A stretch of DNA of 64,000 nucleotides from an uncultured delta proteobacterium. Lineage in GTDB: Bacteria; Desulfobacterota; Binatia; Binatales; Binataceae. The notes below the pieces were generated by a model, which made no database searches, was not told where the DNA came from, and saw only the letters and a list, made by a program, of their open reading frames with translations. How positions within the stretch are numbered: position 1 is the stretch's first letter; each line of letters begins with the position of its first letter. The stretch is taken from contig CAWICC010000005.1 in the NCBI GenBank assembly GCA_963834535.1, positions 263,743 to 327,742 of the forward strand, written 5' to 3'. A program made the position numbers and the translations under genes. Positions 19,467 through 29,717 of this stretch are shown here, piece after piece.

Positions 19467-21140
19467 ATGGCTGAGAATCTCAGAAGCAAACTTATTACTC
19501 AGGGCGTGCAGCGTTCGCCCAACCGCTCGATGTTGCGCGCGGTGGGCTTCGGCGACGGCGATTTCGAAAAGGCGATCATCGGCGTGGCGAACGCCTACAG
19601 TACGATTACGCCGTGCAACCTGGGCCTGAACATTCTCGCCAATCGCGCCGAAGCTGCTATCAAGGAAGCCGGCGCGATGCCGCAGACCTTCGGCACGATC
19701 ACCGTCAGCGACGGTATTTCGATGGGCACCGAGGGCATGAAGTATTCGCTGGTTTCGCGCGAGGTTATCGCCGATTCAATCGAGACCGCCTGCAGCGCTC
19801 AGAGCATGGATGGCGTGGTCGTCGTTGGCGGCTGCGACAAGAATATGCCGGGCGCGATGATCGCGATCGCGCGCATGAACATCCCTTCGATCTTCGTTTA
19901 TGGCGGCACTATCAAGCCGGGTCATCTCAACGGCCGCGACCTGACCATCGTGAGCGCATTCGAGGCGGTCGGCCAGTTCAGTGCGCACAAGATCGACGAG
20001 AAGGAACTGATGGATGTCGAGCGCCATGCCTGTCCGGGCGCCGGTTCGTGCGGGGGCATGTACACGGCCAACACGATGTCGTCGGCGATCGAGGCGATGG
20101 GCATGAGCCTGCCGTTTTCGTCCACCATGGCAGCGGAGGACGCCGAGAAGGCCGACAGTGCGGCTAAGTCAGCGCAGGCGGTTGTGAACGCCGTCCATCA
20201 CCAGTTGCTGCCGCGACAGATTTTGACGCGAAAGGCTTTCGAGAATGCGATCGCCGTCGTGATGGCGGTCGGTGGTTCGACCAACGCGGTGCTCCATCTG
20301 CTCGCGATCGCGCACGCGGCAGAAGTGCCGCTCAATATTGATGACTTCGAGACGATCCGGCAGCGCGTCCCGGTGCTATGCGATATGAAACCCTCGGGAC
20401 AGTTTGTGGCGACCGACCTGCATCGCGTCGGCGGCATCCCGCAGGTGATGAAGATGCTGCTCGTGCACGGCTTGATCGATGGTGATGCACTAACGATCAC
20501 TGGCCGTACGGTGGCCGAAAACCTCGCCGAAATTCCCGAGGCGCCGCGCAAGGACCAGCCGGTCATTCGTCAATGGGACTCGCCAATGTATGCGCAGGGC
20601 CATCTCGCGATCTTGAAGGGGAACCTTGCACCCGAGGGCTGCGTCGCGAAAGTCACCGGCATTAAGCATCATGAGATCACGGGGCCGGCGCGCGTATTCG
20701 AGCGCGAAGAGGAGAGCCTCGACGCGATCCTCGCGGGGAAGATCAAGGCGGGCGACATCCTGGTGATTCGCTACGAGGGGCCGAAGGGCGGACCGGGGAT
20801 GCGCGAAATGCTGTCGCCGACTTCGGCGATTATCGGCGCCGGACTGGGTGATTCGGTTGGGCTTATCACGGACGGCCGCTTCTCGGGCGGGACCTATGGG
20901 CTGGTTGTCGGCCACGTCGCGCCTGAAGCGCAGGTCGGGGGGCTGATCGCGCTGGTTCAGGAGGGTGACTCGATCACAATCGACGCCGACAAGCGGGTGC
21001 TCAATCTGAACGTGCCGGAGGCGGAAATCGCGCGCCGCCGCGCCGCTTGGACGCCGCCGAAGCCGCGCTACACTCGCGGGGTGCTCGCGAAATACGCGGC
21101 GCAAGTCTCGACCAGCAGCCTCGGCGCGGTCACCGACTGA
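19467..21140 (+). CDS. ilvD: Dihydroxy-acid dehydratase
   Basis: 557 aa with 'CDKNMPG', '[15 protein letters not shown]' and '[11 protein letters not shown]'. Confidence 0.95.
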   Translation: MAENLRSKLITQGVQRSPNRSMLRAVGFGDGDFEKAIIGVANAYSTITPCNLGLNILANRAEAAIKEAGAMPQTFGTITVSDGISMGTEGMKYSLVSREVIADSIETACSAQSMDGVVVVGGCDKNMPGAMIAIARMNIPSIFVYGGTIKPGHLNGRDLTIVSAFEAVGQFSAHKIDEKELMDVERHACPGAGSCGGMYTANTMSSAIEAMGMSLPFSSTMAAEDAEKADSAAKSAQAVVNAVHHQLLPRQILTRKAFENAIAVVMAVGGSTNAVLHLLAIAHAAEVPLNIDDFETIRQRVPVLCDMKPSGQFVATDLHRVGGIPQVMKMLLVHGLIDGDALTITGRTVAENLAEIPEAPRKDQPVIRQWDSPMYAQGHLAILKGNLAPEGCVAKVTGIKHHEITGPARVFEREEESLDAILAGKIKAGDILVIRYEGPKGGPGMREMLSPTSAIIGAGLGDSVGLITDGRFSGGTYGLVVGHVAPEAQVGGLIALVQEGDSITIDADKRVLNLNVPEAEIARRRAAWTPPKPRYTRGVLAKYAAQVSTSSLGAVTD

Positions 21141-21160
21141 TCGGCAACGACGAATTCGCG

Positions 21161-21201
21161 GCGACGGCCATGCAAATCTCAGCGGTCTGCATGGCCGTCG
21201 T
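21161..21201 (+). terminator. Hairpin downstream of ilvD (candidate terminator)
   Basis: GACGGCCATGCA-(13 nt)-TGCATGGCCGTC is a 12-bp perfect stem. No U-tract follows. Confidence 0.35.
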
Positions 21202-21449
21202 CAACTCAGCAATAATAGCTTGCTCTCGCTCGCCAACGGCTTATCTCATTCGGAGGTATCGCCGCCTCCATCTGGATCGATAGCCGCGCCAACCAACAAC
21301 CCGCTTGAACCGTAACGGAAGTCCAGGACTTCGCGAGGATTCGGCCTAAGCCAAAGTTTCGGTGCTCCTCTTCGACTCTCTGCGGCGGCAGGCTGCCATC
21401 GCCTTAATATAGTTGTAATATTGGATTGCACCCCGCGCATGCTGGCTGG

Positions 21450-23534
21450 ATGCGAAAGAGGGCGGGTGACGTGAAAGCGGGCGCAGACTTTTACAACCTG
21501 TACAATCACGACTTCGCGCGCGTCGCGGTCGGCATACCGAACGTGCGCGTAGCGGACCCCGCCTACAACGCGGAGCAGACGATCGCCTTGATGCGCGAGG
21601 CGGTCGAGCGCAAAGCGATCGTCGCGCTGTTCCCGGAACTGGGGCTGTCGGCCTACACCTGCGACGATTTATTTCATCAACGGGCTTTGCTCGACGGTTG
21701 CCGAGAGGCGCTCGCGAAAATCCTGACGGCGTCCGTCTCATGGCCGATCGTGGTGGCGGTCGGGATGCCGCTCGAAGTTGACCATCTCCTTTACAACTGC
21801 GCTGTGATCGTAAATCGCGGACGGGTATTGGGCGTGGTGCCGAAGACCTATCCGCCCAACTATCGCGAATTTTACGAGTTGCGGCAGTTCCAGCCGGGCG
21901 ACAATACGATTCGCACCGAGATTGAGATTGCCGGTCAATCGAAGATTCCATTCGGCAACCGGATTCTCTTCCAGGCCGACGATATTCCCGCGCTGACGAT
22001 TCACGCCGAAATCTGCGAGGATCTGTGGGTGCCGATTCCGCCGTCTTCTCATGCGGCCCTCGCGGGTGCGACGGTGCTGCTGAATCTGTCCGCGTCGAAT
22101 ATCACCGTCGGCAAGGCCGACTATCGGCGCGATTTGGTGGCGAGCCAATCCGCGCGATGCCTCGCCGCGTACTTGTACTCGGCGGCAGGTTCGGGTGAAT
22201 CGACGACCGATCTGGCGTGGGATGGTCATGCTCTGATCTGCGAGAACGGGAATCTGATCGGCGAGTCTGAGCGGTTCCGTTCGGGACCGCAGTTGATTTG
22301 TTCCGAAATCGATCTCGAACGGCTGGCGCAGGAGCGCATGCGCCAGACCAGCTTTGGCTACTCGGTGCGCAATGAAAAGGCCGCGCTCGCTGAGTTTCGC
22401 ACGGTCACGTTCGCGGCGCATCCGCCGCGCCGCGGTCGCCTGCCGCTGGAACGCCGGTACGAACGGTTTCCGTATGTGCCGGCGGATCCGGCGCGGCGCG
22501 GCGAACGCTGTGCCGAGGTTTATGAGATCCAGGTGCAGGGGCTGGCGAGCCGGCTGAAGGCGTCGAAAATCGAGCGGGTCGTGATCGGAATTTCGGGCGG
22601 AATCGATTCGACTCATGCGCTGCTGGTGTGCGCGCAAGCACTCGATCGGCTCGGCTATCCGCGGCGCAATCTGCTCGCCTACACGATGCCGGGATTCGCG
22701 ACGAGTGCGCGCACCCTGGCCCAGGCGCGCCGGCTGATGGCCGCAATCGAATGCGAGGCGCGCGAACTCGATATTCGTCCGAGCGCGCTGCAGATGTTGA
22801 AAGACATCGGGCATCCGTACTCGGAGGGGCGCGAACAGTTCGACATCACCTTCGAGAACGTGCAGGCGGGCGAGCGCACCAGTCACCTGTTCCGCCTGGC
22901 CAACCTCAACAACGCGATTGTGGTCGGCACGGGCGACTTGAGCGAGTTGGCACTCGGTTGGTGCACTTACGGGGTGGGCGACCACATGTCGCATTACGCA
23001 GTCAATGCGAGCGTGCCAAAGACGCTGATTCAGCACGTCATCCGGTGGGTCGCGGACACCCATCGGTTTGGCGCGGAGGCGAGTGCAACGCTGATCGAGA
23101 TTCTGGCGACGCAAATCAGTCCCGAACTGGTGCCGACGCGGCCGGGTGAGCCCGATCAGGAAACCGAGGCGATAGTGGGCCCGTACGAATTGCAGGACTT
23201 CAATCTTTACTTTACCTTGCGGTTCGGCTACCCGCCGCCGAAGATTGCGTTTCTGGCGTGGTCGGCGTGGCACGATCGGGATCTCGGGGCGTGGCCGGAT
23301 ATCCCGGTGGACAAGCGCAATCAATACGACCTCGCACAGATCAAAGGGCATCTGCGCACGTTTCTCTATCGGTTCTTCCAAGTCAGCCAGTTCAAGCGTA
23401 GCTGCATTCCGAACGCGCCTAAGGTGGGTTCAGGCGGATCGCTATCGCCGCGCGGCGACTATCGTGCGCCGAGCGACGGCGAGGCGGCGGCGTGGCTCGC
23501 GGAACTCGATCTGATTCCCGATGCCGGCGCCTAG
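21450..23534 (+). CDS. nadE: Glutamine-dependent NAD+ synthetase (long form, nitrilase domain plus synthetase domain)
   Basis: 'FYNLYNHDFARVAVGIPNVRVADP...FPELGLSAYTCDDLF' is colinear with long NadE, and the PP-loop is 'IGISGGIDST'. The start is uncertain: 21426 TTG, 21450 ATG or 21471 GTG. Confidence 0.85.
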   Translation: MRKRAGDVKAGADFYNLYNHDFARVAVGIPNVRVADPAYNAEQTIALMREAVERKAIVALFPELGLSAYTCDDLFHQRALLDGCREALAKILTASVSWPIVVAVGMPLEVDHLLYNCAVIVNRGRVLGVVPKTYPPNYREFYELRQFQPGDNTIRTEIEIAGQSKIPFGNRILFQADDIPALTIHAEICEDLWVPIPPSSHAALAGATVLLNLSASNITVGKADYRRDLVASQSARCLAAYLYSAAGSGESTTDLAWDGHALICENGNLIGESERFRSGPQLICSEIDLERLAQERMRQTSFGYSVRNEKAALAEFRTVTFAAHPPRRGRLPLERRYERFPYVPADPARRGERCAEVYEIQVQGLASRLKASKIERVVIGISGGIDSTHALLVCAQALDRLGYPRRNLLAYTMPGFATSARTLAQARRLMAAIECEARELDIRPSALQMLKDIGHPYSEGREQFDITFENVQAGERTSHLFRLANLNNAIVVGTGDLSELALGWCTYGVGDHMSHYAVNASVPKTLIQHVIRWVADTHRFGAEASATLIEILATQISPELVPTRPGEPDQETEAIVGPYELQDFNLYFTLRFGYPPPKIAFLAWSAWHDRDLGAWPDIPVDKRNQYDLAQIKGHLRTFLYRFFQVSQFKRSCIPNAPKVGSGGSLSPRGDYRAPSDGEAAAWLAELDLIPDAGA

Positions 23535-23608
23535 ACCCGATTCCACGCGAGCAAGGACGCTCCTGGACTGAGGCGCGTGCGCGTGGAGCGATCGGGAATT
23601 GGGTTGTA

Positions 23609-24250
23609 TCAACCTGCAGCGCGGGTCTGGCGCTGCTGATTCAATTCGATGACGGCGTCGGCAAGCTGCTTGCTGAGGTCGCTCAAATCGGCACTCAGCG
23701 CGGCCGCAGAACTTTCCATGCCAGCGCCGGCGTTCTCTGCGAAATCGGCCTGCTGCGACATGAGCATCTGATTGCTGCGGCCGTCGCGGATCACCCAATC
23801 GGCGACCAATTGCGTGCCCCCGGCGCCGTCGCGTTCGAAGCGCGCGACACTCACTTCAATCTTGTAGTCGAGGGGCGTCGAAAGGTCCCACGGAAACGGC
23901 AGCACCTGATCGGTGCCGAGGAGCATGCCAAGATTGAGCGCGAGTACGCGGCGAAAGCTCTCGTCGAGAGGTTCGGCCCAGCGATCGGTCGATGACAGAT
24001 CGAGACGATTGGAAGCGACCCGCGTAACGACCTCGGGATGATCGAGATAGGCCGGGAGCTTGACCGGTCCGAGTCCGATCGCGAGACGCCTGGTGACGCC
24101 GGTTGTCGCGGTCGCCGAGTCTGGAGCTGGCATTGCGGTCAGCACATAGAATTGCGTCGGATCGGGACGCGGCGACAAGATCGACGCACATCCGGTGGCG
24201 AAGACGATTGACGATAAAGCGATCAGCCCGAGGTAATTTAACCGCCTCAT
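23609..24250 (-). CDS. PqiC-like ABC-transport auxiliary lipoprotein
   Basis: Lipobox 'VFATGC'. It is the last gene of the Mla/Mce operon and overlaps the MlaD stop by 4 nt. Confidence 0.65.
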   Translation of the reverse strand: MRRLNYLGLIALSSIVFATGCASILSPRPDPTQFYVLTAMPAPDSATATTGVTRRLAIGLGPVKLPAYLDHPEVVTRVASNRLDLSSTDRWAEPLDESFRRVLALNLGMLLGTDQVLPFPWDLSTPLDYKIEVSVARFERDGAGGTQLVADWVIRDGRSNQMLMSQQADFAENAGAGMESSAAALSADLSDLSKQLADAVIELNQQRQTRAAG

Positions 24251-25230
24251 CGGGCGTCCTTGTCGAAGGAGCGTCCGCGCACGAGGGCATCGGGGTTGCG
24301 GTCGAGATAATCGGCGAGCTGGCGAATCGAGCGGGCGGCCTCGGAGAGATCGACGAGCGTATGGTTGGCTTGATAGACCAGCGGCGCGTCGGGGCGGAGG
24401 GCATCGTCAAGCCGGCCGATCATCGCCTGGGTCTTCTGCAAAGTTTCGTCGGCACTACGGGCCGTTTGCTGCACGCTCGTGCTCATGGGACCGATCTGCT
24501 GGTCGAGATCCATCGTCATCTTGCGGAGGGTTTGAGAGGTTTCGTCGAGGCTCTGTCCCGTTTTCTTCATCGAAACGAGGGCGGCCTTCAAATCCGAGGA
24601 ATCGGCAAGGTCCCGGAAGGCGGCCATGGTTTGAGTTGCGGTGACGACCAACTGGTCGAGGCGGACCTTATCGAGCTGATCGATCAGTTTGAGCGCAACC
24701 GATTGCGCCTGTTCGAAGGGATTGGGCAAAGTCGGAATTTCCATATAAGTGGCGTTCTGATCGGTTGCATAATGGGCGGGGCTGCCGGGATGCATATCGA
24801 GGTCAATATAGAGGAGGCCGGTAAGCAGGCTTTCTGTGGCCAATTGCGCGCGCAGTCCGCGAGCGATCGCCAGGCGCATGCCGGCGGGATTGCCGACGTT
24901 GATATTGGCGGAGCCGCGTTTCAAGATGCGGCCCTCGTCGAGCTGAATGACGACGGGAATTTTGATCACGCTGGTATTGCCCACGGTCTCGGGTCCGCTC
25001 GTCGCATTGAGGCTGAGCAGAACCTGCTTGACTTCGCCAATTTCGACGCCTTTGAATTTGACCGCGGCGCCAATACGCAGGCCGTTGACGTTGCCGTCGA
25101 AAAAGCAGACGAACTCGTGCGTCTGGCGAAACAGATTGCCCGACCCCAGGAGCGCGATCGCCGCCACCGCGAGTACCACCGCACCGATCACGAAAGCTCC
25201 CACTGAAGCGGGATTCGCTCGTTTAGCCAT
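24247..25230 (-). CDS. MCE/MlaD-family substrate-binding protein
   Basis: An N-terminal anchor is followed by the MCE domain 'GLRIGAAVKFKGVEIGEVKQV'. Confidence 0.8.
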   Translation of the reverse strand: MAKRANPASVGAFVIGAVVLAVAAIALLGSGNLFRQTHEFVCFFDGNVNGLRIGAAVKFKGVEIGEVKQVLLSLNATSGPETVGNTSVIKIPVVIQLDEGRILKRGSANINVGNPAGMRLAIARGLRAQLATESLLTGLLYIDLDMHPGSPAHYATDQNATYMEIPTLPNPFEQAQSVALKLIDQLDKVRLDQLVVTATQTMAAFRDLADSSDLKAALVSMKKTGQSLDETSQTLRKMTMDLDQQIGPMSTSVQQTARSADETLQKTQAMIGRLDDALRPDAPLVYQANHTLVDLSEAARSIRQLADYLDRNPDALVRGRSFDKDAR

Positions 25231-26098
25231 CTGCCTTCTCCGAGGTTTCCCCTGGTTTGCCGCGCGTCAGGAACTCTTGCACCAACGGTTCAGTCGAATG
25301 GGCCAGCAGGTCGTGCGGGTTACCATTGGCGATGATGGTGTGGGTAACCGCATCGAGATACACGCTGTTGTCGGCGATTGCAAAAATACTCGGCAACTCG
25401 TGGCTAACGACGACGACGGTCGCACCCAAGCTGTCGCGCAGGGCCAGGATGAGTTCGTCGAGGAGCCGTGAGCTGACCGGATCGAGACCCGCCGACGGCT
25501 CATCGAAAAACAGGATCGCGGGGTCGAGAGCGATAGCCCGGGCGAGGCCGGCGCGCTTTTGCATGCCGCCGCTAATCTGGCTCGGGTAATATTCTTCGAA
25601 GCCTTTCAGTCCGACCAACGCGAGCTTGAGGGCTGCAACCTCTTTGATCTCGCTGGCACTTAGATCGGTGAACTGGCCGAGCGGCAGGCCGACGTTCTCC
25701 GCGAGCGTCATCGAACTCCATAACGCGCCGGATTGGTAAAGGACGCCGAAGCGGCGCAACATGGCTTCACGTTCTTCCGGCGTGGCTTGAGTAAAACTGA
25801 CACCGTCATAGAAGATTTCGCCGATGGTCGGTTCGAGAAGTCCGATCAAGTAGCGCAGTAACGTACTCTTGCCGCTGCCCGAAGCCCCCATGATAGCGAA
25901 GATTTCGCGGTGACCGACCTTAAAATTAAGGTCGTGCATCACGACGAAGTCGCCATAGGCCATCGTGAGGTTGCGCACTTCGATATGCGCTCCGCGCGCC
26001 TCGTCAGACGCTCCGCGATCACCATCAGGGGCCGCCTGGCCATCGGCCGCAACTTTCTCCTCTACCCCGCTCCTCCCCCCGGTATCTCGCGTTGCCAA
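25223..26098 (-). CDS. ABC transporter ATP-binding protein (MlaF-like)
   Basis: Walker A 'GASGSGKST', signature 'ISGGMQKR' and Walker B 'ILFFDEP'. Confidence 0.9.
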   Translation of the reverse strand: MATRDTGGRSGVEEKVAADGQAAPDGDRGASDEARGAHIEVRNLTMAYGDFVVMHDLNFKVGHREIFAIMGASGSGKSTLLRYLIGLLEPTIGEIFYDGVSFTQATPEEREAMLRRFGVLYQSGALWSSMTLAENVGLPLGQFTDLSASEIKEVAALKLALVGLKGFEEYYPSQISGGMQKRAGLARAIALDPAILFFDEPSAGLDPVSSRLLDELILALRDSLGATVVVVSHELPSIFAIADNSVYLDAVTHTIIANGNPHDLLAHSTEPLVQEFLTRGKPGETSEKADG

Positions 26099-26175
26099 TC
26101 TAATCGGGCCCTCGTCTTCGCATGTATCTATAGGATAGCGCCATCGTCGAAGTGGTGACTACGATCGAATTTGGC

Positions 26176-27360
26176 CTAGATTCCCAGGATGTTAAACAGC
26201 ACGGCGAACATGCCGCAGGCGACCACGATCATCACGATTGAACTGACGACCGCAGCGGTGGTGGCGCGACCAACCGCGAGCGAGCTGTTGCCGCATTCGA
26301 AGCCCTGATAACAGCCGGCGAGCGCGATCAGGACGCCGTAAACCGCGCTTTTGACGAGACCGCCGGTGAGCGCGACCACCGTGATCGCGTGAAGCGTTTC
26401 GTGCCAATAGGTGCGAAACGACAGTCCCAGGACGGCGACTCCGACGGTAGCCCCGCCGAGAATTCCGACGAAGTCGGAATAGAGGCAGAGGAGGGGCATC
26501 ATCAGGATGAGCGCAATCATCCTCGGCAGGACGAGGAATTCCATCGGCGAGATGCCCATGGTGGTGAGGGCATCGATTTCCTGAGTCACCTTCATGGTGC
26601 CAAGCTCGGCGGCAAAGGCGGCGCCGGTGCGGCCGGCCATGATGATCGCAGTCATCATCGCGCCCATCTCGCGGACGAGCCCGATGCCGACGAGGGCGGC
26701 GACGTAGATCGCGGCACCGAACTGCTGCAGTTGGACCGCTCCCATGAAGGCGAGGATCACGCCGACCATGTAGCTGATCAGAGAGACGATCCCGAGGGCG
26801 TTGGCGCCGCACTGCTGGATTATTTCGAGGAGATCCGAGCGGCGGTAGCGCGATCGTCCGCGGACAAAATTGGCGAAGGCCAGGGCCACCATACCGATAA
26901 ACTCGACGAACCTGACAGCGTCGTCGATCTGGCGCATATAGGCGGCGCCGAGGCGGGCGACGAAGGGATCATTGTCGCTCTTGAGCTCTGCGCCTTTGTT
27001 TTCGGGGACGGTTTCGGCGAGCTCGATCAGGCGGGTCAGTCCAGTGGGCAGGCCGCTGCGTTCGAAGGCGATCTTGCGTTGGCGGCAGATGTCGTCGAGG
27101 CCCACGAGAAAGCTGATGAGGCTGCTGTCCCACTCCTTGAGGTCATGGGTGTCAACGGAGACCCGATGGGGACGGGGACCAGAGGTGAGGGCCGCGCCGA
27201 CGGAGGAGGGGGTGGGCATCCCGTGCCGCATGTGCCAGTCGCCCGAGATGCGGACGACGACGTTGCCGGCGTCGCCGCGAACGAGATCGACCTGACGGCG
27301 GTCGGGGGTCGCGGCGAGCGGCGTTTGTTGGCCGGCGCTGGCATCGCGAGTAGCGCTCAT
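26176..27360 (-). CDS. MlaE-family ABC permease with an N-terminal STAS-like extension
   Basis: The C-terminal 260 aa are polytopic and MlaE-like ('QLGAAIYVAALVGIGLVREMGAMMTAIIMAGRTGAAFAAELGTMKVTQEIDAL'). They are preceded by a soluble domain of about 120 aa. Confidence 0.8.
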   Translation of the reverse strand: MSATRDASAGQQTPLAATPDRRQVDLVRGDAGNVVVRISGDWHMRHGMPTPSSVGAALTSGPRPHRVSVDTHDLKEWDSSLISFLVGLDDICRQRKIAFERSGLPTGLTRLIELAETVPENKGAELKSDNDPFVARLGAAYMRQIDDAVRFVEFIGMVALAFANFVRGRSRYRRSDLLEIIQQCGANALGIVSLISYMVGVILAFMGAVQLQQFGAAIYVAALVGIGLVREMGAMMTAIIMAGRTGAAFAAELGTMKVTQEIDALTTMGISPMEFLVLPRMIALILMMPLLCLYSDFVGILGGATVGVAVLGLSFRTYWHETLHAITVVALTGGLVKSAVYGVLIALAGCYQGFECGNSSLAVGRATTAAVVSSIVMIVVACGMFAVLFNILGI

Positions 27361-27381
27361 GCTTGGCGCATTTTCCGAAGC

Positions 27382-28089
27382 TTATCCCGCGACATCGCCT
27401 TCGTAATGCCATTGCGCAAGCCGCGCGGTCAGCGTCTCGGCCCAGTAATCGATAGCGGCGTGCGCATCACCCCATTGCCATTCTGCGGGAATCTTGAGCG
27501 AACCGCCTCCGACTCGGCGGTCAATCCAAGCCAGCAGGCGCGCCCCGGTAACCGAGTCGGTTACTTCGCCCTCACTCTCTGCCGCTCCAGTAAAGGAATA
27601 AGCTCCATTCGATAGTTGCGTGACGACCTGCTGCAGACCGGCTGGCGCCGAGGTTGCGGAGACCGTATCCATGCCCGTTGGAGCCTGCGCCAGATCGATG
27701 ACCGTGATCCGCAGGCGCATCACCCCAGGCCCCGGTCGATCAACGATAGTGAAATCATGGCCGAGGTGCTGCTTGAGCACCTGGTACATATACTGGCTCA
27801 GGACGAATTGGTCCTCGGGCGAAATATCGAGCGTCATGTCGCCGCACCACAGCCTGACTGGCTCGATGATGATGCTGCCGTAGCGCGATGATTCCGCATC
27901 GACATTCTGGTAGTAGAGCAGTTCGCTGCCCGCGGGTCCTTCTTTCATCTGCGGACGGTCGGCAAGAATTCGCGGCGGCGGATGCATGACCTCGGACTGA
28001 TTGGGGACGAGGGGTTCGTTCGCGGCGCAGCCCATCATCGCCATCGCGAGGGCCGTCAACGCCAGCAGTCCACTCGACCGTTTTTCCAT
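27382..28089 (-). CDS. Lipoprotein (DUF3313-like), first gene of the Mla/Mce operon
   Basis: Lipobox 'AMMGCA'. The family call is tentative. Confidence 0.55.
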   Translation of the reverse strand: MEKRSSGLLALTALAMAMMGCAANEPLVPNQSEVMHPPPRILADRPQMKEGPAGSELLYYQNVDAESSRYGSIIIEPVRLWCGDMTLDISPEDQFVLSQYMYQVLKQHLGHDFTIVDRPGPGVMRLRITVIDLAQAPTGMDTVSATSAPAGLQQVVTQLSNGAYSFTGAAESEGEVTDSVTGARLLAWIDRRVGGGSLKIPAEWQWGDAHAAIDYWAETLTARLAQWHYEGDVAG

Positions 28090-28194
28090 GCTCCTATCCG
28101 GAATCGCCTGTTATACGCCGCACACTCAGACCAACGGTTATGCCTCACTTGAAACCGGCTGCCAACCAATCGGCGCGCGGTTTCCCCATTCAAT

Positions 28195-29385
28195 TCAGGC
28201 GGCGCGCGATTCCGGTGCCTCCGCGGACTTTGTTCCTGCCGGCGGGGTGAAGCCGAGTTGACTGCGCAGCATGACGAAGTGGGCGATCGCCGATCGCGTG
28301 ATGAGACCCGTCAGGCGGTCCTGGTCCATGACCAGGAGGCGTCCGCTGTCGCTCTGCGACATTTGCCGCAGCGCGTTGGACACCGGCACGTCGGTGTTGA
28401 TGACGATGGCAGGATCGATTGGGCGCATGACGTCGCTGATGCGTTTCGTGGCCCGCTCTTCGACCGGGCATTCGCGCACCTGGCTCAGCGCAATCAGGCC
28501 AACTACGTGGCCGTCGCTCATCACGGGATACCCGCCATGGCCGTGGCGCATGAAGTGCTGATCGACGGCGTCGGCGACCGTGGTCGCGCCGTCGATCGTG
28601 ATTGGCTCGCGCACCATCAGATCGCGCACGCGAACGCTACCGAGAACCTGTTCCATGACCAGGCTCTGATAGCTGGACGAGGCGGCGCCCTTAAGGAACA
28701 GGGCAATGAAGATCAGCCACAGGCCACCGATTAGAGATCCCGTGAAGATTTCGAGCGCACCAAGGAAAATCAGCCCGTAGGCGACTCCCTGTCCCCATTC
28801 GGAGGCGCGCGCCGTCGCCTGGCGGAAATCGCCTGAACGCGCCCAGAACATTGCTCTGAGGATACGGCCGCCGTCGAGCGGGAAACCGGGCAGCAGGTTG
28901 AAAAGGCCGAGCGCAAAATTGATAAAGCCTAGATAATCGAAGACCGAGGCCCACATCGGATACGGTCCATAGAGCTTCAGCACGTGCGGGAGTGCGGCGA
29001 AGAATCCGCCCAATACGAAGCTGGTTAAGGGGCCGGCGGCGGCGATCTTTATCTCATCGCGTGCACTGGTGGGCTCGTGACCAAGATGCGCCATGCCGCC
29101 GAATATGAACAACGAAATGCGGTCGATAGGTTGTCCGAGTCCATTGGCAACGATCGCGTGCGCGAGTTCGTGAGTGACGATCGAGGCAAAGAACAAGATG
29201 GTTGCGGCTGCGCCGACCAGCCAGTACTCCGAGCGTGGATAGCCGGGGTGCAATTCGGGGAAGTATCCCGCGGAAAGACTCCAGAGCACCAGGACAAAGA
29301 TGATTATCCAGGAAAAGTCGATCGCGATCTGGACGCCGGCGACCTTGAAGAGATCGAATTCCTTGCGCGATTTTGGTTCGTTCAT
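28195..29385 (-). CDS. Site-2 protease (M50) family metalloprotease with tandem CBS domains
   Basis: 'HELAHAIVA' (HExxH) lies within a TM helix, with 'NLLPGFPLDGGR' further on. The C-terminal CBS pair includes 'GYPVMSDGHVVGLI'. Confidence 0.85.
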   Translation of the reverse strand: MNEPKSRKEFDLFKVAGVQIAIDFSWIIIFVLVLWSLSAGYFPELHPGYPRSEYWLVGAAATILFFASIVTHELAHAIVANGLGQPIDRISLFIFGGMAHLGHEPTSARDEIKIAAAGPLTSFVLGGFFAALPHVLKLYGPYPMWASVFDYLGFINFALGLFNLLPGFPLDGGRILRAMFWARSGDFRQATARASEWGQGVAYGLIFLGALEIFTGSLIGGLWLIFIALFLKGAASSSYQSLVMEQVLGSVRVRDLMVREPITIDGATTVADAVDQHFMRHGHGGYPVMSDGHVVGLIALSQVRECPVEERATKRISDVMRPIDPAIVINTDVPVSNALRQMSQSDSGRLLVMDQDRLTGLITRSAIAHFVMLRSQLGFTPPAGTKSAEAPESRAA

Positions 29386-29717
29386 TGATGCTCCATCGAT
29401 GCAGCAGACGTATAGCGGTTCGTAAGGCTGTTCATCCGACGAGCCATCTTATCATCGTTGCCGTGCTTCAATCACTTGCATTGAATGTCGCGGCGATCTG
29501 CCGTTCCGGGCAAGCGCGCGCAGCGGCTAACCAGCATCCGCGACGGGTCCAATGTAGCGTACACCCGTCAGCCCTTCGCAAAAATAATGAATGATCAGGT
29601 GCGTCCGGCGCGACCGTTCGATCCGAAGGAATCTCCCGACGCCGGTTGGGCCACGGGTTGCGCCGCGTCGTGACGCCAGGCGGCGGTGTGGTCGGCGCGG
29701 ACGATTCTTAAGGCGTC

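Noticed and set aside
21738-23381. 547-aa minus-strand ORF, with similar long antisense ORFs at 8594-9925, 61163-62929 and 62910-63905
   Set aside because: Each is antisense to a gene with clear family motifs: nadE, the MDR dehydrogenase, the flavocytochrome and the alpha/beta hydrolase with GISMGG. All are Arg-rich with no recognisable domains.
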